From NCBI RefSeq assembly GCF_000018105.1, contig NC_009925.1, positions 1,230,001 through 1,262,000 on the forward strand: a stretch of 32,000 nt of DNA, given 5' to 3'. Below, one piece after another: positions 20,164 through 27,462 of the stretch (positions are counted from its first letter, which is position 1; every line of letters begins with the position of its first letter). The stretch comes from Acaryochloris marina MBIC11017. GTDB taxonomy: Bacteria > Cyanobacteriota > Cyanobacteriia > Thermosynechococcales > Thermosynechococcaceae. Position numbers and translations under genes: made by a program. Below the pieces are notes generated by a model. That model did no database searches and was not told the origin of the DNA. It saw only the letters and a program-made list of their open reading frames with translations.

Positions 20164-22239
20164 ATGAGCACTTTTCTTGATCTCACGCAGTTGTCCGCCG
20201 CGTCCTTAGCTCAGTTAGATCAAGCCCAACATTCACGCCAGAAAGCTGCCAATCATCTGGAAGCCATGGCAGAGACCCTATCCGCTGCAGAAAAGGAAGG
20301 GTCTACCGCCTCCGGCGAACTTAGCCTAGCCACGCAAGTGGAATCCCTTCGGAACGTGGCAGGCAACCTGAAGCAAGGGATCTTTCGGTTGGTGGTGTTG
20401 GGCGATCTGAAGCGGGGGAAAAGTACGCTCCTCAATTCCCTATTGGGCGAGCGATTATTGCCTAGTGATGTCAACCCCTGTACGGCTGTATTGACGGTGC
20501 TCAAATATGGTCCCCAAAAGCAAGTCACCATCCACCATCTTGACGATACGGCCCCTGAAAAAATTGCCTTAGAGGACTTTAAGCAGATTTACACCATTGA
20601 TCCTGAAGAAGCCAAAGCGTTGGCCTCCAAAGACCAAGCAGCCTTTCCCAATGTCAGCCATGCCGAGATTGAGTATCCTATTCCTCTGTTGCAACAAGGC
20701 CTAGAGCTGATTGATACCCCAGGACTGAATGATACAGAAGCCCGGAATCAGCTGGTCTTTAATTTTTTGCAGGATTGCCATGCCGTGCTGTTTGTAATGG
20801 ATGCGACCCAGCCCTGCACCTTAGATGAGCGCCGATACCTGCAAAACACCCTGAAGGATCGGGGTATCCCCATCTTTTTCTTGATTAATGCCTGGGATAA
20901 AGTTCAAAGTAATTTGATCGATCCGGATGATCGAGAGGCCCTGACCTCAGCAGAGGCTAGACTGCGAGAGGTGTTTCGCACCCACTTAGCGGACTATTGC
21001 CCCGATCAATATGACCAGCGGGTGTTTGAAGTCTCGGGACTGAAGGCGTTGCGATCGCAACTCCAAAACGCCCCGGAAGCCCTCGCCCAGTCAGGTGTGC
21101 CCGTCTTTCTGGACAGTTTGTTCGACTTTCTGGCCAACGATCGCATCCAGGCCGAACTAGACTATGCTCTTCAAAAAGCCCAGATGACCCATAAGCAGGT
21201 GTGGGCAGCCGTTTCTCGACGGTTACCGTTACTGGATGAAGATCTGGATCAACTCAAACAGAAGCTGGCCTCCGTTCAGACGGATTTTGAGCAACTGCAA
21301 GCCATTCGGGATGACTTTCAAACGAAAATTCGCCAAACTCGCGATCAAGAATCTCAGGCCATTGCGGATTCCTTTAAGACCTATATTCTCAAACTAGAAG
21401 CTACCTTTGACGAGGATTTTGTCGCAGCCCAACCGGATTTGGATTTTCTAGAGTTTCTAGATAAGAACAATCGGGCCATGTTTTACACCTCCTTTAAGCG
21501 AGCCTTTGAACGCTATATGAATGACCGTTTGGCAGCTTGGGAATTTATCGCTAAACAGGATATTAGCCGGGCCTTTTCTGAACTTAATGAAGCGGCGGAT
21601 GAATATCGAGTGGCCTATGAACAAGTCGTCGAGGTAATGAACGACAAGCTTTTGGGCAATCGCTTCTATGCAGCAGGGCATCGTTATAACCCCAAAGAAG
21701 TCCAAATTTGGACCGACATCCTCAAGGATGCATTTGAAGCCATGCCTGACAATATGAATGGGGCGGTTGGACAATTCAATATGTTTTGGCAGGGCGTGTT
21801 GCAATCGGCTTTAGCCTATGTGGTGATTGTGATTGCATTGCAAATTATCGGCTTGGTATTTTCCTCCCTTTTTCTCAATGTCTTTGCCGTGCTGTTGGTG
21901 GGAGCTGGCGTTTTTGTGGGGCAAGCAGAATATGTGCGCCAAGAGTTCTTAAACGCAACCCGTAAGGAATTTGCCAAATATCTCCCCCAAATTGCCGAAG
22001 AGCAATGGCAACCCATTCATCAAGCCGTCCAGCGATGCTTTGACACCTATGAAATCGAAGTGATTGAGCGGATTAATCAGGATATTGCCAGTCGGCAAGG
22101 GGAACTGAATAACCTGATCGCCCAAAAAGAATCCCATTCAATCCAGGTGGAGCAAGAAAGTCAACGACTTCAAACGTTAGAAACGTCTCTAGGAGAGATG
22201 GTTCAGAAAATGGAAGAGGACTGTCAGCTAAAAGATTGA
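20164..22239 (+). CDS. Bacterial dynamin-like protein (BDLP-type large GTPase)
   Basis: 691 aa. Visible elements:
- P-loop LGDLKRGKSTLLN.
- LLPSDVNPCTAVLTVLKYG.
- G3 motif IDTPGLND.
- NAWD (G4-like).
- A hydrophobic paddle: ALAYVVIVIALQIIGLVFSSLFLNVFAVLLVGAGVFVG.
From memory, the length and motif order closely match Nostoc punctiforme BDLP. Confidence 0.9.
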   Translation: MSTFLDLTQLSAASLAQLDQAQHSRQKAANHLEAMAETLSAAEKEGSTASGELSLATQVESLRNVAGNLKQGIFRLVVLGDLKRGKSTLLNSLLGERLLPSDVNPCTAVLTVLKYGPQKQVTIHHLDDTAPEKIALEDFKQIYTIDPEEAKALASKDQAAFPNVSHAEIEYPIPLLQQGLELIDTPGLNDTEARNQLVFNFLQDCHAVLFVMDATQPCTLDERRYLQNTLKDRGIPIFFLINAWDKVQSNLIDPDDREALTSAEARLREVFRTHLADYCPDQYDQRVFEVSGLKALRSQLQNAPEALAQSGVPVFLDSLFDFLANDRIQAELDYALQKAQMTHKQVWAAVSRRLPLLDEDLDQLKQKLASVQTDFEQLQAIRDDFQTKIRQTRDQESQAIADSFKTYILKLEATFDEDFVAAQPDLDFLEFLDKNNRAMFYTSFKRAFERYMNDRLAAWEFIAKQDISRAFSELNEAADEYRVAYEQVVEVMNDKLLGNRFYAAGHRYNPKEVQIWTDILKDAFEAMPDNMNGAVGQFNMFWQGVLQSALAYVVIVIALQIIGLVFSSLFLNVFAVLLVGAGVFVGQAEYVRQEFLNATRKEFAKYLPQIAEEQWQPIHQAVQRCFDTYEIEVIERINQDIASRQGELNNLIAQKESHSIQVEQESQRLQTLETSLGEMVQKMEEDCQLKD

Positions 22240-22327
22240 TGCGCTCTATTGAAGGGAAATTGGACTGATGTAGAAAGCCTGTTATCCCTGACTGCTATAC
22301 ATCTGGGAGATGGGCAAGCGTCTTGGA

Positions 22328-23449
22328 TTATTCCATCTGCTCCAAGACATCAGCTAGGGTAGCAACAGTGCGATCAATATTTTGGAGTTTATCCAAACCA
22401 AAGAGGCCCAGCCGAAAGGTTTGAAAAGTCTCGGGTTCATCGCAGCGCAGCGGAACACCCGCCGCGATCTGCATTCCTAGGGCTTTAAATTTCTGTCCAA
22501 TCGTTGGATCTGCTGTGTAGCTCACCACCACGCTGGGGGACTGAAACCCCGCGGCGGCAACACTTTTAATACCTTTGCGGGTCAGCAGTGCTCTCACCTG
22601 ATCACCCAGCTGCTGTTGCTGAGCACAAACAGTATCAAACCCATATCCGGCGGTTTCCTGCATCACATCCCGAAATACCCTAAGACTGTCTGTGGGCATG
22701 GTGGCGTGATAAGCATGTCCACCCTGCTCATAGGCCTCCATAATCTGCAGCCATTTCAACAGGTCACAGGCAAAGCTGCTGCTCGTCGTCGTTTCGATCC
22801 GCTCTCGCCCTAAAGCACTCAGCATCACTAATCCACTACAGGGGGAACTACTCCAGCCTTTTTGAGGGGCACTGATCAAAACATCTACACCACAGGCGTC
22901 CATATCAACCCAGATGGTGCCCGAGGCAATGCAATCCAACACGAATAAGCCACCCACCGCATGGACAGCTTTGGAGATGGCCTGGAGGTAGTCCATAGGC
23001 AAAATCATGCCCGAAGATGTTTCCACATGGGGCGCAAAGACGAGATCCGGTTTTTCGGCCTGAATTCTAGCAACCACTTCTTCAATGGAGGCTGGGGCAA
23101 AGGCGGCCTGTTCACTATCATCTACGGGACGAGCTTTGAGCACGGATAATTGAGCCGGTATCTTCCCTTTCTCTAAAATTTGACTCCAGCGAAAACTAAA
23201 CCAGCCATTGCGAATCACCAGGCAGGATTGGTCGGTGGCGAACTGTCGAGCCACGGCTTCCATGGCAAAGGTGCCACCCCCTGGGACGATGGCCACGGCT
23301 TCAGCGTTGTACACCTGTTTAAGGGTCTGGGAGATTTCCTTCATCACCGTTTGGAAGGCCCCTGACATATGGTTGAGGGAGCGGTCTGTGTAGACCACTG
23401 AATATTCCAAAAGTCCATCTGGATCAATATTGGGCAGTAATCCTGGCAT
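22328..23449 (-). CDS. Class V PLP-dependent aminotransferase (alanine-glyoxylate / serine-pyruvate aminotransferase family)
   Basis: 373 aa with a probable PLP-lysine context ISAPQKGWSS and an N-terminal YTDRSLNHMS...VPGGGTFAMEA pattern typical of the AGXT-like fold. Substrate cannot be assigned from sequence alone. Confidence 0.78.
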   Translation of the reverse strand: MPGLLPNIDPDGLLEYSVVYTDRSLNHMSGAFQTVMKEISQTLKQVYNAEAVAIVPGGGTFAMEAVARQFATDQSCLVIRNGWFSFRWSQILEKGKIPAQLSVLKARPVDDSEQAAFAPASIEEVVARIQAEKPDLVFAPHVETSSGMILPMDYLQAISKAVHAVGGLFVLDCIASGTIWVDMDACGVDVLISAPQKGWSSSPCSGLVMLSALGRERIETTTSSSFACDLLKWLQIMEAYEQGGHAYHATMPTDSLRVFRDVMQETAGYGFDTVCAQQQQLGDQVRALLTRKGIKSVAAAGFQSPSVVVSYTADPTIGQKFKALGMQIAAGVPLRCDEPETFQTFRLGLFGLDKLQNIDRTVATLADVLEQME

Positions 23450-23483
23450 GGTGTCCTCTGTGCAGTTAGGTTTGAGTTAATGA

Positions 23484-23909
23484 TTAGGAGTCCAGTTCGG
23501 ACTTGATATTACCCCTGAGCTTTTTCAGCTTGCTGCGTTTGCTTTTGCCATCCAACCGCCGTTGCTTGGCACCATAGGAGCGCTTCGTGGGTTTCCTCTT
23601 TTTGGGGGTTGTGGTCACGCTTTGCAGTAATATCTGCAGGCGGTTGAGGGCATCTTCCCGGTTTTGCTGTTGGGTGCGATGTTGCTGGGCTTTGATAATA
23701 ATGATGCCTTCTTTGGTGATGCGTCTATCGCCCAGGTTGAGAAGGCGCTCTTTGTACAGGGGAGATAGGGAGGAGGCATCGATATCGAACCGTAGATGGA
23801 TCGCAGAGGCCACTTTGTTGACGTTTTGTCCTCCAGCTCCCTGAGAACGGATGGGACTCAACTCAATCTCACTGAGAGGAATGGAGGTGCGTTGGGTAAT
23901 CTTCAACAT
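23484..23909 (-). CDS. arfB: Alternative ribosome-rescue factor ArfB (YaeJ-type peptidyl-tRNA hydrolase)
   Basis: Short GGQ-domain protein ([22 protein letters not shown]) with a Lys/Arg-rich C-terminal tail (PKKRKPTKRSYGAKQRRLDGKSKRSKLKKLR). The track start at 23936 is a TTG. The ATG at 23909 (MLKITQRTSIP) fits the family N-terminus better. Confidence 0.88.
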   Translation of the reverse strand: MLKITQRTSIPLSEIELSPIRSQGAGGQNVNKVASAIHLRFDIDASSLSPLYKERLLNLGDRRITKEGIIIIKAQQHRTQQQNREDALNRLQILLQSVTTTPKKRKPTKRSYGAKQRRLDGKSKRSKLKKLRGNIKSELDS

Positions 23910-23965
23910 AAGTGAGGCGGCATCATCTGGTGGCAATATATATCAGCGATCTTTCCCCAGTGTAA

Positions 23966-24223
23966 TCAAGAGCCGTGAGTGGCGATAAAGGTCTCTTTTT
24001 GTTGCTTCGACAGTTGTTTAATTTGGTATTCCAATCGCTGAGCTTCGGAGCGACTGCCGACGGGTTGTTGATAAACCAACTGCAATGGACCTTTTGAGCG
24101 CAAAAACTTGGCCCCTTTTTTGCTGTAGGTATGCTCCTCCAGTCGACGCGCCACGTCTGTCGTCACACCTGTATACAAGGCCCCATTCCGGGTACGAAGG
24201 ATATAGAGATGCCATTCAGACAT
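23966..24223 (-). CDS. GIY-YIG nuclease-domain protein (UPF0213/YhbQ-like)
   Basis: 85 aa: [28 protein letters not shown]...GPLQLVY...[13 protein letters not shown] matches the GIY...YTG...R...H...E pattern. Confidence 0.85.
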   Translation of the reverse strand: MSEWHLYILRTRNGALYTGVTTDVARRLEEHTYSKKGAKFLRSKGPLQLVYQQPVGSRSEAQRLEYQIKQLSKQQKETFIATHGS

Positions 24224-24340
24224 AGGGATTCTCTAGTGTGTCATTCCTATCATTTTGAGTAGGGGAGATGCGATGGCCTCTGGCAGGTCATTGACCATCG
24301 CAACAGTACAACGCCAATCAGTCGACGACAAGGCACCCCA

Positions 24341-25282
24341 TTAATTCGCCTGCTGTTGGTGATAGACTGCCCACTCTAGCAAGGCTTCTTGATGTTTCTT
24401 AGAATCATAGGCTGTTGCAAACTCACCATTGCGATAAATATAGAGTTCTGAGGTTGTATCCAAGATCGTGGGCGTACCAATTTTTTGAATCAGGTCAACC
24501 ATCACAGGATGATTTTCAAAGTTCTTTTTACTCGGCTCTTTTGTGTAGCCTGAGTTCAGCGCGACTAAAAGTTTTGCACCAGAACCATTTGCCATGAAGA
24601 GAACCTCTTTGACTTGAGTGGCATATTCACTCATCTTTTCTGGACTGTTCTTGTCTGCAAACTGGTTTAAGTTTCCACCTGGAATATGGGTCATTGCCAT
24701 CTTGAGATAGTTACCAGACTCTTGATGAAAATCTCCTAGCACAGCAACTGCAATACAATCTGACAAGCCGGTCGTGTACATTCCACAGTGTTCAAATTCG
24801 ACATGGTAGGCAGTGTAAGCCATGGGTATCTGAGTTGTATAGGTATCCTGCTCAGGCTTAGTTTCAGCATTTATCAAAGCCTCGGTGGTTTCATTATATG
24901 GATAGGAGTCTTTGATAGAGGCAGAAGAAGTTTCATCTTCGTCGTCGGTCTCTGCCCTTTGAATGACAACTTTGTTTGTATTAGTCGTGGAAATAGATGT
25001 GGCTCCACCAATCGTATTAAAACCAACCTGAAAATCACTGCTCCGTTTCTTCTGCAACCAAGGTTTCGGCCCAGCTCCGTTGGGGATTGTATCCATCAAA
25101 GGGTTTCCCAAACGTGCCCATTTCTGTCGCTGCTCTTCCCATGCTGCTAATCCCGCTTCATTTGACTTTGCTGATGGGGTGGGGGGCTGAATGTCTGGGA
25201 GTCGGGAAGGCGGACTGACTTCAGGTTGGTGAGCAGCAGTACGAATGAAAGGCTTTTTCTTACGAGAATCATATGTACGCAT
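24341..25282 (-). CDS. Orphan protein: Pro/Gln/Lys-rich low-complexity N-terminal half plus a C-terminal domain of about 150 aa with a CheD/CNF1-like Thr-Cys-His motif
   Basis: A long ORF with no competing frame. The track start at 25351 is a TTG, and the ATG at 25282 (MRTYDSRKKKPF) is preferred. The C-terminal segment YTTGLSDCIAVAVLGD...AMTHIPGG resembles the CheD signature TxGLGSC[VI]..L.D...GL.H.MLP as I recall it. I see no TM segment or signal peptide. Confidence 0.6.
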   Translation of the reverse strand: MRTYDSRKKKPFIRTAAHQPEVSPPSRLPDIQPPTPSAKSNEAGLAAWEEQRQKWARLGNPLMDTIPNGAGPKPWLQKKRSSDFQVGFNTIGGATSISTTNTNKVVIQRAETDDEDETSSASIKDSYPYNETTEALINAETKPEQDTYTTQIPMAYTAYHVEFEHCGMYTTGLSDCIAVAVLGDFHQESGNYLKMAMTHIPGGNLNQFADKNSPEKMSEYATQVKEVLFMANGSGAKLLVALNSGYTKEPSKKNFENHPVMVDLIQKIGTPTILDTTSELYIYRNGEFATAYDSKKHQEALLEWAVYHQQQAN

Positions 25283-25652
25283 AATCAGCCACTCGCAATA
25301 AAGCTCGTTAAAGCACCTGAGAACAAAGAACTCTGCAAGCCTTGTTCTCAAGGCTACTTAAATCCTATGGGAGTCCTACAGCGAAATTGCCCCACTTTTG
25401 TCTCAGTTTTTCTCAGTTGTTCGATTCATGCCGCCCTGTCACACAGATCAAATCTTCCCAGATAGACTCTCCCCTACGCACGATAGGTGAACGCTAATTA
25501 AAGATTGACTGACTCGGTCAATGTTTAATATCCCCCTTCTCTCTTTCTATGCCTTGCCACGAAGCTTGGAATCATCGAATTTCCGACTGAAGCCGCATTG
25601 CAAAATAAAAGCGTTTTTCCAATCAGCAATACACGAGACGTGTGCACGCAGA

Positions 25653-26010
25653 ATGGCGCATCATTGTCACGTTCGTCGCCAGATTTCAATCCCCAATGAG
25701 AGATTGAGAGACATCGCAACCGAGGCTGAATTTATTAAGACTGCAAAGGAATACGAACAGCTTGACCACCCCCCACATGAAACCTCTCCAACTACTGTCG
25801 CATCGGTGGTGCGGGAAGAATTAAAGCGATGCAAGAGTCCACGATATCGAGGAAATACTCCGTCTTTACCGTGGGAAGGACCTGCTTGCCGAATTTGCTA
25901 AGCTACTCAGGTTCGCAGACGGTAAGGCGATCGCAGAATATGTGGTATTGAACTTGTCCGCTGAAGAATTTTTAGATGTAGAAAAACTTCGAGTGCGGAT
26001 TTTGCAGTAA
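25653..26010 (+). pseudogene. Frame-split small ORF: RHH-like N-terminal part (frame 3) continuing into a start-less, strongly protein-like 61-codon frame (frame 1)
   Basis: The two parts:
- Frame 3 reads MAHHCHVRRQISIPNERLRDIATEAEFIKTAKEYEQL...VVREELKR and then degenerates to a stop at 25899-25901.
- Frame 1 is open from 25825 to the TAA at 26008-26010. It reads ARVHDIEEILRLYRGKDLLAEFAKLLRFADGKAIAEYVVLNLSAEEFLDVEKLRVRILQ and has no ATG/GTG/TTG near its beginning.
This is consistent with a +1 frameshift between 25825 and 25900. Confidence 0.3.
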
Positions 26011-26140
26011 TGGGCACCGAATGTAACTCAACCTGTAGCTTGGGCCACCTAACAACACAACACAATCGAGCAAATAAATTGAGCGTATTTTGCATAGACA
26101 AGCCCTTGTCGCCGCTGGGTGATTGTAGACGTTAGAGCTT

Positions 26141-26641
26141 TTAGTTTTTCTTGCGGTGGCACTGTTTGAACTTTTTGCCGCTTTTACACCAACAGGGTTC
26201 ATTCTTTTTCGGCTGGAAGGGCGGTAACCTATCTCCATCGGTGTAAAGCCATTGGCCTTTTTCTTTGATAAAGCGCGATCGCTCGTGGAGTTGGGCTGCA
26301 GAGTTCCCTTCTTGGTACACCGCAAAGAACTCAACAATCCCGGTTTTATCTTCAGGTTGTCCAGCTTTAGTGGCAAGCACAGTTAAACCCAACCAAGTCA
26401 AATTATTGGCAGTGGCAGCGATCAATTGTCGGCTATTGGGTTGGCGATGATTGGGATGTTCGGTATTGAATAGGTAATCGATATTCTTGAGGCAATAGGC
26501 AACGTAGCGAGATCGCATCAGTGTTTCAGCGGTGGGAGCAGGGCGTGACCCTTGTAAATAAACACCGCAGCACTGGTTGAATAACTTTTGACTGCCACAG
26601 GGGCAAGGCATCAAGGTGTTGCGATCGCCAGAGATCAGCAT
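26141..26641 (-). CDS. ychJ: YchJ family protein (UPF0225; two SEC-C-type metal-binding motifs flanking an NTF2-like core)
   Basis: N-terminal MPCPCGSQKLFNQCC, ...LMRSRYVAY..., ERSRFIKEKGQWLYTDG, and C-terminal EPCWCKSGKKFKQCH. This is collinear with E. coli YchJ as I recall it. The family N-terminus suggests the internal ATG at 26611 may be the true start. Confidence 0.8.
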   Translation of the reverse strand: MLISGDRNTLMPCPCGSQKLFNQCCGVYLQGSRPAPTAETLMRSRYVAYCLKNIDYLFNTEHPNHRQPNSRQLIAATANNLTWLGLTVLATKAGQPEDKTGIVEFFAVYQEGNSAAQLHERSRFIKEKGQWLYTDGDRLPPFQPKKNEPCWCKSGKKFKQCHRKKN

Positions 26642-26734
26642 GATTTAATTTCGACAGATAACGCTAGATCTTCAATCTCATTAGGTGTAATAGGTCAAAG
26701 CCGAGCACCATCATTGATCATAGAAGCCATTTGT

Positions 26735-26944
26735 TCATAAGCCTCTAAGTGCCGAATTGATTATAAACCGAGGTGATGTTTCCGGCATGGAAAATTCTTC
26801 TAAATATAGCCTTATCGCCTCTTTTAAGCCTACAACTGCTTCTTCTATCGTTGCCCCTTGATCAATAGTTCCTATTTCGGGGCATTCAGCGATGTACATG
26901 TCCTCCTCTTTATTAAGAAGAACTGTTAGATGGCGAGTTTTCAT
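26735..26944 (-). CDS. HicB-like (UPF0150) antitoxin-fold protein, with no adjacent HicA
   Basis: MKTRHLTVLLNKEEDMYIAECPEIGTIDQGATIEEAVVGLKEAIRLYLEEF matches the short HicB N-domain pattern (..E.D.GY.A.CPEL.G....G.T.EEA..N..EAI.L.LE). An upstream in-frame ATG at 26965 is also possible. Confidence 0.72.
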   Translation of the reverse strand: MKTRHLTVLLNKEEDMYIAECPEIGTIDQGATIEEAVVGLKEAIRLYLEEFSMPETSPRFIINSALRGL

Positions 26945-27462
26945 GGAAATAAGCTGTCTATCCATGCATGGAGGACTACTGACTATGGAGCATTTTCGAT
27001 CTTACCTTCTATCATCGGCGATAGATAAGCAACATCTTGCCTTACCAAATCATTTTGCGGGCATAAGTTTGCCAACGTCAGTATAAAATATTACATCTAT
27101 AATCGACATCTTCTAATCCAAACCTTCATAATTTTTGACTACAATTCTGACTTTATATTCAACAGAATAATGTAATATAAAACAGCTAAATCAACATCTA
27201 TACATGCATTTATTCTATATAATTTTTATAAAAATAAATCTAATAAAAATCTTCTAAAATCATCTTTATTGATCCTATATAGCTAATTAAGCATTTGTTT
27301 GTATTTTGATAAATCATCATAATATTTGGTCTTTAATTAGAGATCCTAATGTAGAATTCAGAAAGACATTAAAAATAGACCAACTACTATCTCATTACAT
27401 ATTCAGAGGGAATTTGTATTCTCCCTGAAAGCATAAAGAATTAGCATAAATGGAGAGTGCAT

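Noticed and set aside
2853-23909. Two GGQ-motif proteins in one window (prfA and arfB) as a possible duplication
   Set aside because: They belong to different, well-known families: a full-length RF1 with codon-recognition domains versus a short ArfB with a basic tail. They are not paralogous copies of recent origin.
25972-26376. 134-aa minus-strand ORF overlapping ychJ, and the 64-aa ORF at 25907-26101
   Set aside because: Most of it overlaps the well-supported ychJ frame. The remainder is antisense to the protein-like frame-1 segment at 25825-26010.
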